Below, in pieces: positions 51,671 through 62,326 of a stretch of 64,000 bases of DNA. The notes beneath the pieces are model-generated. The model worked only from the letters and a program-made list of their open reading frames with translations, did not search any database and was not told the DNA's origin. Within the stretch, counting starts at the first letter, position 1. The number at the start of each line of letters is the position of its first letter. Made by a program: the position numbers and the translations under genes. Source of the DNA: an uncultured Chloroflexia bacterium (GTDB taxonomy: Bacteria; Chloroflexota; Limnocylindria; QHBO01); NCBI GenBank assembly GCA_963827475.1, contig CAWHAZ010000005.1:512001-576000 (forward strand), given 5' to 3'.

Positions 51671-52732
51671 TCAGGCCCCCAGCGGGTTGCGGCTCGCGGT
51701 CCAGGCGTGCCACGCCCGCGCCGCCTCCGCGCGACGAGCGGCAAGCTCGAGCGGGGAGCTGAAGCCGCGTCGGAAGCCGTTGATCGCGATCTCCGCGAGC
51801 TCCTCCGCCGTCATCCCGGTGGCCAGGGCCACCGCGGCCAGCTCGGCGCTGAGCGTCGTCTGGCTGACCGTTCGGTCATCGGTCGACACTGTCACGCTCA
51901 CCCCCTCGCGGTGCAACCGCGTGACTGGGTGTGCGGCGAGGTCGGTCACCGTGCCGGCCTGGACGTTGCTGGTCGGGCACAGGTCGAGCGTGATGCCGCG
52001 CTCGCGGAGGGTCTCGACCAGGCGAGGATCGCCGATGGCGGTGGCGCCGTGGGCGACCCGGGTGACGCCGAACTCGAGCACCTCCCAGATCCGATCCGTA
52101 CCCGGCGTCTCGCCCGCATGCGCGGTCAGGCCCAAACCGGCGGCGGCCGCCGCCCGGAACGCCGCCGCGTGGGGTGGGGCCGGGTAGTCCGCCTCCAGCC
52201 CGGCGAGGTCGAATCCGACGACCGGGGGCCCGAACGCCGCCGCCCGTTGGGCCAGCTCGACGTTGGCTCCGGGTGGGTGCGAGCGCAGGGCGGTGACCAC
52301 CAGCCCGATCAGCGGCGCCGAGGCCCCGAGCGCGTCTCGCGCAGCCGCCACGCCGTCGGCCACGGCCTCCAGCACGTCGGTGACCCCCAGCCCCTGTTCG
52401 AGGTGCAGGCGCGGGGCCCAGCGGATCTCGCCGTAGGTGACCCCGTCGGCGGACATGTCCTCGACCAGGTCGGCGGCGGCCCGACGCAGCGCCTCGGTCG
52501 TCTGCAGGAGGCGGATCGGGAGCTCGAAATAGGTGAGCAGCTCTGCCTGATCGCGGCAGTGCGGCGGTGCCGCGAGCCGCCTCCGGGCGTCGTCCAGGCT
52601 GAGGTCGATCCCGGCGTCGGCGGCCAGCTCGACCGCGGTTTCCGGTCGCAGCGCCCCATCGAGATGCTGGTGCAGCTCCGCCTTCGGCAGCCGTCGGAGC
52701 GTCTCCACCAGGGCGGAGGAGTCAGGTGACAT
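51671..52732 (-). CDS. add: Adenosine deaminase
   Basis: LPKAELHQHLDG, TAHAGE, RVAHG, CPTSN, STDD. Confidence 0.9.
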   Translation of the reverse strand: MSPDSSALVETLRRLPKAELHQHLDGALRPETAVELAADAGIDLSLDDARRRLAAPPHCRDQAELLTYFELPIRLLQTTEALRRAAADLVEDMSADGVTYGEIRWAPRLHLEQGLGVTDVLEAVADGVAAARDALGASAPLIGLVVTALRSHPPGANVELAQRAAAFGPPVVGFDLAGLEADYPAPPHAAAFRAAAAAGLGLTAHAGETPGTDRIWEVLEFGVTRVAHGATAIGDPRLVETLRERGITLDLCPTSNVQAGTVTDLAAHPVTRLHREGVSVTVSTDDRTVSQTTLSAELAAVALATGMTAEELAEIAINGFRRGFSSPLELAARRAEAARAWHAWTASRNPLGA

Positions 52733-52752
52733 CGGGGCATGATAGGAGCCGC

Positions 52753-53625
52753 GTGAGACGCCTCGTTGCCATCCTGGCTGCCGTCGCGGCCGTGGCCCTG
52801 CTCTTCGGCGCCGGTCCCGCCGAGCCGGCCGTCGCCGATCCGGTCCGACAGGCTGCGCTCCGCCGCGTGGCCGCCAGCCAGGCCGCCGACGCGGATGCGG
52901 CGCTCGAGGAGGCGCAGGACCTCATGAACGAGGGCCTGCGCGAAGCCGGGCGTGGCCAGGCGGCCGCCCTGTCCGGCACCGAGGACCCGCCCGCGATCAT
53001 GGACCAGGCCGCACTGTCCTTCGAGGCGGCCGCGGCGCCGATCGAGGTCGCCCAGGCAGCGCTGACCGACCTGGGCTGGACCTTGCGCGTCCTCGATCCG
53101 GAAGGGACGCCGCCGACGCTTGCCCTCCGGGGGCCCGACATGGTCGCCCTCGGCGCGCAGTGGCGCGCCACCGGCCTGCCCCTGGCCGCGGTGGCGGATC
53201 TGCGGCACGCCGCGGAGGCGACCCTCACCGCCCTCGGGGACGCGCTGGCGGCCCTGGAGCGGGACGACGCGGCGGGGGCGTTGGAGTCCCTGGCCGAGGC
53301 CGAGGCCGCGCTGGACGTGGTGCGCGCGTCCGAGGACGAGCTCCCGACCCTGCCCTTCTGGATCGCGACCGTCGATGCGCTGATCGCGGCCACCACCGAC
53401 ATCGCGGAGGCCGTCCTGGCAGGCGATCCCGTCGCCCTGGCCGAGGCGCAGGCCGCGTATGACGCCGCCGCCGGCGACGCGTCGCGGGCGGACCAGGCCC
53501 TCGTCATCGCCCTCGGCGAGACCGCGGCGGGGATCACCGCGCCCGCCTCCGCCGCGTCCGGCGAGGCCCAGCGGGAGGTGGCCGCGACCCGGGCGGCGAT
53601 CGGCGCCCTGTCTATACTCCCCTGA
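52753..53625 (+). CDS. Secreted or membrane-anchored Ala-rich helical hypothetical protein
   Basis: Signal-like N-terminus, GGAG upstream, coding-like codon pattern. Confidence 0.6.
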   Translation: MRRLVAILAAVAAVALLFGAGPAEPAVADPVRQAALRRVAASQAADADAALEEAQDLMNEGLREAGRGQAAALSGTEDPPAIMDQAALSFEAAAAPIEVAQAALTDLGWTLRVLDPEGTPPTLALRGPDMVALGAQWRATGLPLAAVADLRHAAEATLTALGDALAALERDDAAGALESLAEAEAALDVVRASEDELPTLPFWIATVDALIAATTDIAEAVLAGDPVALAEAQAAYDAAAGDASRADQALVIALGETAAGITAPASAASGEAQREVAATRAAIGALSILP

Positions 53626-53648
53626 CCCCCCACGCCCGAGGAGAGCAC

Positions 53649-55130
53649 ATGCGGCTACGCGCGGAGGCCACGGACCCGGCATCGGTCGAGGCAAACGTCC
53701 TCGCCGTCCCCATCTACAAGGATGACGACCCGTTCGCCGGCGACCTCGCCAACCTGGATGCCGCGGCCGGCGGGGTGATCCGCCAGGCCCTCGATTGGGG
53801 AAGGTTCAACATCCTGGAGGACTACTTCGCCCTGGTCGACGGGGGCGATCTGCCGGTCGAGCACATCCTCATCGTCAACGGCGTCCGTCGCGGCCGCGGG
53901 CCGTGGCGGGCGCGCCGCATCGCCGGCGTCGCGACCCGAGCGCTGCAGGGCAAGGGTGCGGCCCGGATGGCGCTGTGGCTGCGCGACGGCGAGGATGCGG
54001 ACGGCTTCGCGGCGGCCGCGGTTGGCGCGATGGCGGGGACCTACCGGCCGATGGAGCTGTACGGCCGGCAGCGCGACACCGAGGCCATGAGGCGCAACGT
54101 CGAGGAGGTCGTGCTGCTCGGCGCCGACCAGGCGGTGCTCGATCGGGCCGCGACCCTGGCCGAAGGCGTCGCCTTCTGCCGGGACCTGGCGAACCGCTCG
54201 GCCAACGACCTGTATCCCGAGAAGATGGCCGAGGAGGCCCGCGCCCTCGAGGCGGACGGCTGCACGGTCGAGGTGCTGCACGTGCCCGAGATGCGGCAGC
54301 TGGGCATGAACGCCCTGCTCGGGGTCGGACAGGGCGGAGAGCATCCGCCGTGCCTCGTCGCCGTCAAGCTGCCCGGCTGGGAGCGGGGCGGGGACCGGCG
54401 GCTCGCGATCGTGGGCAAGGGCGTCTGCTTCGACTCCGGCGGCCTGAGCCTCAAGCCGGCCGACCGGATGGATGAGATGAAGCACGACAAGTCCGGCGCG
54501 GCGGCGGTCATCGCCGCGGCGCGGACCCTCGCCCGACTCCATCCCGACGCCCCGGTCATGGCTGTCGCGCCCATGGTCGAGAACATGCCGGGCGGTCGTG
54601 CCCAGCGTCCGGGGGACGTGGTGAAGGCCATGAACGGGAAGACGATCGAGATCACCAACACCGATGCCGAGGGCCGTCTCATCCTGGCCGACGCGCTCCA
54701 CTGGGCCGAAACCCAGGGAGCGACCCACCTCGTCGACGTCGCGACCCTGACCGGGGTGGCGTCGATGGCCTTCGGCGAGCTGGTGAGCGCCTACTTCGCC
54801 AAGCCCCGCGACTGGGGCGACGAGGTGCGGGCCGCGGCCGAGGCGACCGGGGAGTGGCTGTGGGAGATGCCCCTCGCCGTCGAGTACCGAACCCAGCTCG
54901 ATACGCCGTACGCGGACATCGTCAACAGCGGCTCGCGCGACGGGTCGCTCATCAAGAGCGCGATCTTCATCCACGAGTTCGTGACCCGCCCATGGGTCCA
55001 CCTGGACATCGCCGGCACGGCGTGGATGACCTCCGACAAGGCGACCTTCGCCAAGGGCGCGGTCGGGGTCGCGGTCACCACGCTCGTCCGCCTGGGGCAG
55101 GACTTCGCCGCAGCGGGGCGGGACGCCTGA
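53649..55130 (+). CDS. pepA: Leucyl aminopeptidase (M17)
   Basis: GKGVCFDSGG, MKHDKSG, NTDAEGRL, ATLTG, HLDIAG. Confidence 0.93.
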   Translation: MRLRAEATDPASVEANVLAVPIYKDDDPFAGDLANLDAAAGGVIRQALDWGRFNILEDYFALVDGGDLPVEHILIVNGVRRGRGPWRARRIAGVATRALQGKGAARMALWLRDGEDADGFAAAAVGAMAGTYRPMELYGRQRDTEAMRRNVEEVVLLGADQAVLDRAATLAEGVAFCRDLANRSANDLYPEKMAEEARALEADGCTVEVLHVPEMRQLGMNALLGVGQGGEHPPCLVAVKLPGWERGGDRRLAIVGKGVCFDSGGLSLKPADRMDEMKHDKSGAAAVIAAARTLARLHPDAPVMAVAPMVENMPGGRAQRPGDVVKAMNGKTIEITNTDAEGRLILADALHWAETQGATHLVDVATLTGVASMAFGELVSAYFAKPRDWGDEVRAAAEATGEWLWEMPLAVEYRTQLDTPYADIVNSGSRDGSLIKSAIFIHEFVTRPWVHLDIAGTAWMTSDKATFAKGAVGVAVTTLVRLGQDFAAAGRDA

Positions 55131-55132
55131 CC

Positions 55133-55786
55133 GTGCCCTGGCCGGCCGTCGCGGCGGCCGTCTTCGGCCTCATCGGGATCGGGGCCGAGCGGGTGGCCAG
55201 CGTATGGCCGGCCGTCGAGGCCCGACATCGTCCCGCGAGCTGGCGAACGCTGGCCCTCGGGGTCGCCGCGGGCGCCGGCGCCTACGGCCTGGTCGCGACC
55301 TCCCACCTGCCACCGTGGGCGACGCTCGTCCACCTCGTCATGTTCGGGCTCATGGTCGGCCTGGTGGCCACCGATCTCGAGCAGCGGCGCCTGCCGCATC
55401 TCCTGCTGGATCCGCTGATCGTGGTCGCGGTCGGGTTCGCGGTCATCAACCCCGCGCTCGACACGCTGGCCGCCGCTGCCGGCGCCGCGGCGGCGGTCGC
55501 ATTCCTCGGCATCCTCGCCTTCGTCATCCGCGGCGGCATGGCGCTCGGTGACCTGTATCTCGCCGTGCCCATCGGTCTGACCCTCGGCTGGCCGATGGTC
55601 TGGAGCGGCCTGTTCACCGCCGCCCTGTTGGCCGGTGCCGTGAGCCTGTTCCTGGTCGTGACCGGGCGCGTCGGCCTCCGCTCGTACATCGCGTTCGGTC
55701 CGTACCTGGTGGCCGGCTACCTCCTCACCCTCCTCCGGGAGGGCTCGCTGCTGGCACCGTCGGTCACCTCGGCCTTCGGCGGCTGA
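55133..55786 (+). CDS. Prepilin peptidase (A24 family, no N-terminal zinc domain)
   Basis: ATDLEQRRLP, GMALGD, IAFGPYL; multiple TM helices. Confidence 0.8.
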   Translation: MPWPAVAAAVFGLIGIGAERVASVWPAVEARHRPASWRTLALGVAAGAGAYGLVATSHLPPWATLVHLVMFGLMVGLVATDLEQRRLPHLLLDPLIVVAVGFAVINPALDTLAAAAGAAAAVAFLGILAFVIRGGMALGDLYLAVPIGLTLGWPMVWSGLFTAALLAGAVSLFLVVTGRVGLRSYIAFGPYLVAGYLLTLLREGSLLAPSVTSAFGG

Positions 55787-55828
55787 CCTATTCGACCGAA
55801 CACCTGACGGCTGGTACCCTTCCGAGCG

Positions 55829-58567
55829 ATGCATCCAGCTATGCAGCGGCGGCGTCGGCAGCTGCTGACCCGCCGGGGAGCCCGGCGCGGGTCGCAGCGC
55901 CGGGGCTTGCTTCTTGCGTTCGTCGTCGTCTTCAGCTTCTTCGGAGTGCTGGTCGGCGGTACGGTGGTTGGCGCCGGAGCCGGCGCGTTCTTCGCCTACA
56001 ACTACTTCGCCTCCGGGCTCCCGGATCCGAACCTTCTCGACGAGGTGCCGCTTCCCCAGTCGAGCCTGGTCTACGACCGGACCGGCACCGTCCTCCTCGC
56101 CCGGTTCGAATGCCAGAACCGCGAATCGGTCACCTTCTCGGAGATCCCCGAGACGATCGTGAACGCCACGGTCGCGAGCGAGGACCAGACCTTCTGGACG
56201 AACAGCGGCGTCGACATGCAGGCCATCGCCCGGGCGGCGTACGCCAACCTCCAGGCCGGGTCGATCGTGCAGGGCGCCTCGACCATCACCCAGCAGGTCA
56301 TCAAGTACGCGGGCTCCATCGTCCTGACCCAGGAGGCCGCGGACGACACGATCGTGGTGCCGAGCGTCGCACCAATCGACGGGAGCGGGGAGCCCACGGC
56401 CGATGAGGTCTGCCCGCCGCCGCGCCTGACGTTCCTCGAAGGGCGTGGCTTCGAGGACAAGATCCGCGAGCAGATCATGGCCATGCAGGTGACCGCGGCG
56501 TACCCGGGCCGCGAGGGCAAGGAGCTCATCCTCGCCACCTACCTGAACCTGATCTTCTACGGCAACGGCTCATACGGGATCAAGGCCGCGGCGGCGAACT
56601 ACTTCGGCATCGACGACCTGTCCCAGCTTGACCCTCAGCCAGGCGGCCTTCCTCGCCGCCCTGCCCGCAGCGCCCGAGCGCGCTTGGACCCGTACCAGAA
56701 CGCTGATGGTCCGGCCGACGCCATGCGCGAGCGGGACGGCGTCCTGTTCCGCATGCTCGAGGAGGAGTACATCACCCTCGAGCAATACCAGGAGGCGATC
56801 GAAACCACCTGGGAGCAGATGGGCCCGAGCCGGATCGTCCACCCGCTGCTCGAGCCGCACTTCACGTTCCGCGTGCAGCGCGAGATGGCCCACATCCTCG
56901 CCGAGATGGGCGTGCCCGATCCCGAGCAGGCGGTCCGGACCGGCGGCTACCGGGTCACCACCACCCTCGACTACCCGCTGCAACAGGTGGCCCGCTCGCT
57001 GGTGCAGCGGGAGGTGCAAGAGCTCGTCAACTTCAACGTTCACAACGGGGCGCTGGTGGCGATCGACTCGGCGACCGGCGAGATCGTCAGCTACATCGGC
57101 AGCATCGACTACTACAACCAGGCCGATCCACGGGTCCAGGGCCAGTTCGACGTCGCCGGGCTGGCCCGCCGCCAGCCGGGATCGGCGTTCAAGCCGATCG
57201 TCTACACCTCCGCCTTCATGAACCGCCGGGCGACGGTGTCGACCATGTTCGTCGACGCGCTGACGAACTTCGGCAACGACCAGTCCAAGTACGAGCCGAC
57301 GAACGCGAACAACCGGGAGGCCGGCCCGCTGCTGGCCATGGACGCGCTCCGCTACTCGCTGAACATCCCGTCGGTCCAGATGCAGTGGGTGGTCGGCCCG
57401 GAGGTGACCGCCCAATTTTCCGAGGAGCTGGGCATCGCCAGCGCCGAGTACATCATGGCCCAGGACCCGTACGTGACCCTGGGCCTCGGAACGGTGCCCG
57501 TCAACCTGACCAACTTCACCCAGGGCTACAGCGCGTTTGCCCAGCAGGGGACGCTGCATCCGGCCACGGCGATCATCGAGATCCGCGACCGCGATGGCGA
57601 CCTCGTCTACTCCCGCGATGCTGATGCCCCGGCCCCGACCCAGCCGATGACCCCGGCCGAGGCGTACCTGACCCACTGGATCATCGAGGGCAACACGAAC
57701 CCGGCCACCAACCTGTTCTGGGGGCCGCGCGCCCAGCTTCGTGACCCGTCCGGCGTCCGACGCCACGCCGCCTTCAAGACGGGGACGACCGACGACTTCA
57801 AGGACGTCTCGGGCATGGGCTACATCCCCGGCAGCCTGACCGTCGGGGTCTGGATGGGGAACAACAACCAGGAGCCGATGTCGAACCGCATCTCCGGTGG
57901 CCTGTTCGCGGCCGACGGGCCGCTGTACCTGTGGCACGACTTCATGGACGTCGCGATCAACCAGCCGTGGGACTGGAACGGCCATACGCCGGTCCCGAAC
58001 CTCGACTTCGCGCAGCCGCCGGGCGTGGTCATGGCCGATGTCTGCCGCTTCAGCGGGATGAGCCCGCCGAACTGCGGCAGCGGGACGATCAACGTGCCGT
58101 TCCTGGAGGGCACCGTGCCGCCGCCGGACAACGTGCACCGCACCGACCAGTGGCACCCGGACGGCTGCTTCGACATCGTGGGCTACGTGCAGGCAGCCGG
58201 ACGCCCGGACCGCTGGGTGGCCGCCGCCGCCGGCTGGGCCGACAAGATCAACAACGGCGCGTATGCCACGTCGGGGAGCCGCTACGGCATCGGCTCGGTT
58301 CCCGGCCGTCCCGGCTACGGGGCGCCGATCTGCGGCGAGCTGAAGGCGCCGCCACCGACGCCGACTCCAGAGCCGTGCAGCTTCGGACTGTCCGACTGCC
58401 CGCGGCCGAGTTCTGCCCGTCGCCGCTCCCCGTGATCCGGATGAGCGCCACGGCGCCGGTCGGCCGGCCAGCCCATCGACGCGGGGCTGCTGGTGCCGGT
58501 CTTCGTCGTCCCGATGGTCGCCGGTGCGGCGCCATTCCTGCTGCGCCTCGTGCGGCGCCGTCACTGA
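55829..58567 (+). CDS. Class A penicillin-binding protein (transglycosylase-transpeptidase); the ORF as given stops at 58435
   Basis: SEDQTF, GASTITQQ, YLNLIFYG, QPGSAFKP, SLN, KTGT. Compensated frameshifts at about 56630-56680 and probably 58400-58465. Confidence 0.88.
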
Positions 58568-58582
58568 CCGACCACCGCCCGC

Positions 58583-59839
58583 GTGGCTCGGTCCGTCCTG
58601 ACCCTGATCCTGGCTGGAGGTGAGGGGGAACGCCTGTCGGTGCTGTCCCAGGTTCGGGCCAAGCCCGGCGTCCCGTTCGGCGGGAAGTACCGGATCATCG
58701 ATTTCTCGCTGTCGAACGTGGTGAACTCGGGCTTGACCGACGTCGGGATCCTGACCCAGTACGCTCCGCGGTCGCTGATCGACCACATCGGGGTCGGTCG
58801 CCCCTGGGACCTCGACCGCAGCCACGGCGGGGTCAGCCTGCTGCAGCCGTTCGTCGAGCGGGCGCGGCCGCGCACCTGGTACCGGGGAACGGCGGATGCG
58901 GTGCTCCAGAACCTGGACTACATCGAGAACCGCGACCCGGAGCTCGTCCTCGTCCTGGCCGGCGACCACGTCTACAAGATGGACTACCGCCCGTTCATCG
59001 CCCTGCACCGCGCCCGCGACGCGGACCTCACCGTGGCCGTTCGGCGCGTCCCGCTGGCCGACGCCAATCGCTTCGGCATCCTCGAGCTGGGCGATGACGG
59101 GAGGGTCACCCGCTTCGTCGAGAAGCCGGCCAACCCGACCTCCAACCTGGTCAGCATGGGCGTATACGCGTTCAGTTGGCCGCTCCTGCGCGAGATGCTC
59201 TCCTCGGAGCGGGTGGACTTCGGCCGGGACGTGCTGCCCGCGATGGTCGACAGCGGCCGCGCGGTCCACGCCTACGAGTACGGCGGCTACTGGCAGGACA
59301 TCGGGACCGTCGACGCGTACTGGCAGGCCAGCATGGACCTCCTCGCCGACACGCCGCCGCTCGACCTGTACGAGACCGGCTGGCTGATCTACACCAAGAG
59401 CGAGGAGCGGGCGCCGGCCCGCATTGGCGCGAGCGCGAGGGTCACCCGCAGCATGATCAGCCACGGCTGCGACGTCGACGGCGCCGTGGACCGCAGCATC
59501 CTGTCCCCGGGCGTGCGCATCGGCGCCGGTGCCGTGGTCCGCGAGTCGATCGTGATGTTCGACAGCGAGATCGGGCCCGGCGCGGTCCTCGACCGGGTGA
59601 TCATCGACAAGGAGTGCGTGATCGGTGCCGATGCCCGGATCGGTGACGGCCGCGTCCTGCGGCCCAACCGCAGTGAGCCCGAGCGGCTGTTCAGCGGCCT
59701 GACCCTCGTCGGCAAACAGGCCCACGTGCCGGCCCGGGCGCGCATCGGGCGAAACTGCCGCATCGATCCGTATGTAACCGAATCGGACTACCCCCGTCGT
59801 CGGGTGGCGGCAGGAGACACGGTGGCCCACGCTGGCTGA
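58583..59839 (+). CDS. glgC: Glucose-1-phosphate adenylyltransferase
   Basis: LAGGEGERL, RAKPGVPFGGKYRIIDF, WYRGTADAV, GDHVYKMDY, YWQDIGT. Confidence 0.93.
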   Translation: MARSVLTLILAGGEGERLSVLSQVRAKPGVPFGGKYRIIDFSLSNVVNSGLTDVGILTQYAPRSLIDHIGVGRPWDLDRSHGGVSLLQPFVERARPRTWYRGTADAVLQNLDYIENRDPELVLVLAGDHVYKMDYRPFIALHRARDADLTVAVRRVPLADANRFGILELGDDGRVTRFVEKPANPTSNLVSMGVYAFSWPLLREMLSSERVDFGRDVLPAMVDSGRAVHAYEYGGYWQDIGTVDAYWQASMDLLADTPPLDLYETGWLIYTKSEERAPARIGASARVTRSMISHGCDVDGAVDRSILSPGVRIGAGAVVRESIVMFDSEIGPGAVLDRVIIDKECVIGADARIGDGRVLRPNRSEPERLFSGLTLVGKQAHVPARARIGRNCRIDPYVTESDYPRRRVAAGDTVAHAG

Positions 59840-59840
59840 C

Positions 59841-60383
59841 ATGCGCGCCATGGAAATGGCGCCGCCCCTCGATGATTGGCTTGCCGACCTGGGTCTGGAG
59901 ACGGTCAGCCGCACGGCGGCGCCGCGAGACGAGGCCCTGAGCCGCGACGTCGTCCTCGACGGGGAGCGGCGCTTCGACCTGCGGGTCACGATTGCCTGGG
60001 CTGCGGGGATGGGCCTCCACCTGTGGGGCTACTACGGGCCCGACGCGATGGAGCTGCCCCGGCGAACCCTGCTGCGCCTCCTGGGCGCCAATGCCGAGTT
60101 TCCGTTCGTGAAGTTCGCGGTGACCGAGGAGGACCGACCGATGCTCATCTCGGAGCTGCCGCCCGCGGCGGTTGATCGGGACGAGCTCGGGAGGGCCCTG
60201 ACCCGAATGGTCGTGGTCGCCGATCGGCTCGTCCAGGAGACGGCGCCCGCGATCGCGGACCGCGGCCGACTCCCGGACTGGGCTGGTCGGGTCGGCCGCA
60301 ACCCGCAGCTCATGGACCGATACCGTGCCGAGGTGGAATCCACGCTGCCCGACTGGCCGGATTCCGAGGAGGCGGGCCGATGA
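59841..60383 (+). CDS. YbjN-domain (T3SS-chaperone-like fold) protein
   Basis: LLGAN..PFVKF, SELP..VD.DEL.RAL pattern. Confidence 0.6.
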   Translation: MRAMEMAPPLDDWLADLGLETVSRTAAPRDEALSRDVVLDGERRFDLRVTIAWAAGMGLHLWGYYGPDAMELPRRTLLRLLGANAEFPFVKFAVTEEDRPMLISELPPAAVDRDELGRALTRMVVVADRLVQETAPAIADRGRLPDWAGRVGRNPQLMDRYRAEVESTLPDWPDSEEAGR

Positions 60384-62326
60384 AGGCGCATCGTGGCGCT
60401 CGCCTCGCGCTCGTGGCCGCCACCCTGGCCGCCGCGCTGTCCGCGCCGGCCGCCGTGTCTGGCGCCGAGTACACGATGGTGACCGACGCGAGGTACGTGG
60501 TCGACGACACCGCCGCGAAGGTCATCGTGACGGTGGACGTCGCGTTCACCAATACGTTCGCCGCGCCGGCGGGCCAGGTGAGCGTGTTCAACACCATCCG
60601 TCTCGCCATCCACGACCACGCGGCGGCGGTGGTGGCCGGCGACGGGAGCGGCGCACTGAACGTGAGCGTGGCCGTCGAGAGTGGCGTGAACGTCGCAACC
60701 ATCACCCCGCGCGCCCCGGTCACGTACGGCCAGACGGCGGCGATCCAGCTCGCGTACGAGCTGCGCGACGGCGAGGACCCCGCCATCCGCGTCGGGCAGC
60801 ACCTCGTCAGCTTCCCGGCCTGGGGGTTCGGGACCCAGAGCGCGGTGCGGGTCGAGCTGGCGGCCGACTTCGAGGTCCGGGTGGATGGGGACGACCTGGA
60901 CGCCACGGTGGAGGGCGACACGGCGGTCCTCACCAGCGGCACGATCGCCGATCCGACCCACTGGCTGGCGAACATCGGTGCCACGCGTGAGCCCGACTAC
61001 GAGACGCTCCAGCGCGCGATCCCGCTCGCCGGCGGGACGGCCGATCTCCAGGTCCGCCACTGGGTCGACGACCCCGAGTGGGGCACGGCCATGCTGGACC
61101 TGGTGGCGGAGGCCCTTCCCCGGCTGGAGGCGGCCTTCGGGGTCCCGTACCCCGCGCGGGGCCCGCTGGTGATCACCGAGTCGGTCACCGCCGGCGGTCC
61201 GGACGTCCGGAGCGACACGGGCGGGGTGGCGGTCGGCTTCACCGAGCCGCCGTTCACGGTCCTCCACCAGGTCGCCCACGCCTGGGCCGGCGAGGGCCTG
61301 ACCGGAGACCGATGGCTGGTCGAAGGTCTCGCCTCGTGGGCGGCGGGCGCGGTGTCGACCGAGCTCGAGCTCGCCCTGCCCCACGACCCGGCCGCGGTGG
61401 CGTCCAGCCTGGCGGCCAACGCCTTCCCCCTCGCGGAATGGGATGCCACCGAGCGGCCGGCGGCGGCCGAGGGCTGGGCCCACGCCGCGTCGTGGTCGCT
61501 CATCAACCAGGCCGCCGCGACAGCCGGCGCCGAGGCGTTCCGCGAGGCGCTGCGTCGGATGGCGGCCGGCCTCGACGGCTACGACCCGGCCCCCGGGGCG
61601 ACGCTCGCCGAGGAGGCGGCGGTCGAGCCCGTGGCGGTGACCACGCGTGCGGTGCTCGACCACCTGGACGCGGTGACCGCCGAGCCGGTCGTCGAGTCGC
61701 TCGCCGGCTCCCTGCTGGGCGCCAACGCCGCGGCGGAGCTCGCCGCCCGGACAAGCGCCCGCGCGGCGTACGACGCCCTCGTGCTGGCGGCCGGGGACTG
61801 GGATGATCCCGGTCCGGTCCGCGCGGCCATGGTCGAGTGGCGGTTCGCGGACGCGGAGGGCCTGATTGCTGACGCGGGGGCCTGGCTGGTTGGCCGCGAC
61901 GCGCTGCTGGGGGAAATCGAGGCAGCGGAGCTCACCGCTCCGGACCGCCTCGCGGCGGCCTACCGCAACCACGGCGGCGGCGAGGAGGCCTGGGCCGAGA
62001 TCGACGCCGAACGCGCGGTCGTGGCTGCCTACGCCGACGCGACCGCGTCGATCGACGAGCGGCTGGACCCGGTGGCCCGGATCGGGCTGCTCATGGGACC
62101 GGGCCCCGACGAGCGGCTGGCCGCGGCGGCCACCGGATTCGCCGCCGGCGACCTGCGGGTGGCCGCGGACGAGCTCGCCGGCCTGAACAAGGATCTTGCC
62201 ACCGCGACCGCGGGCGGCCTCGTCCGCCTCCTCGGAGTGGTGGTTGCGCTCGGCGTGGCCATCCTGCTGGGCTCGATGGCGATGCGCCGCCGGCGGACGA
62301 GGACCGACTACACTCCCGAGCCATGA
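60380..62326 (+). CDS. Secreted, C-terminally anchored gluzincin (M1-like) protein with HQxxH
   Basis: Signal peptide, FGVPYP, LHQVAHAW, WLVEGLA; C-terminal TM followed by RRRR. Confidence 0.7.
   Translation: MKAHRGARLALVAATLAAALSAPAAVSGAEYTMVTDARYVVDDTAAKVIVTVDVAFTNTFAAPAGQVSVFNTIRLAIHDHAAAVVAGDGSGALNVSVAVESGVNVATITPRAPVTYGQTAAIQLAYELRDGEDPAIRVGQHLVSFPAWGFGTQSAVRVELAADFEVRVDGDDLDATVEGDTAVLTSGTIADPTHWLANIGATREPDYETLQRAIPLAGGTADLQVRHWVDDPEWGTAMLDLVAEALPRLEAAFGVPYPARGPLVITESVTAGGPDVRSDTGGVAVGFTEPPFTVLHQVAHAWAGEGLTGDRWLVEGLASWAAGAVSTELELALPHDPAAVASSLAANAFPLAEWDATERPAAAEGWAHAASWSLINQAAATAGAEAFREALRRMAAGLDGYDPAPGATLAEEAAVEPVAVTTRAVLDHLDAVTAEPVVESLAGSLLGANAAAELAARTSARAAYDALVLAAGDWDDPGPVRAAMVEWRFADAEGLIADAGAWLVGRDALLGEIEAAELTAPDRLAAAYRNHGGGEEAWAEIDAERAVVAAYADATASIDERLDPVARIGLLMGPGPDERLAAAATGFAAGDLRVAADELAGLNKDLATATAGGLVRLLGVVVALGVAILLGSMAMRRRRTRTDYTPEP

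Noticed and set aside
56570-59989. Very long antisense or alternative-frame ORFs (e.g. 1139 aa, 657 aa, 646 aa)
   Set aside because: Shadow ORFs expected at high GC opposite well-supported genes; Arg/Gly/Pro-rich with no motifs.
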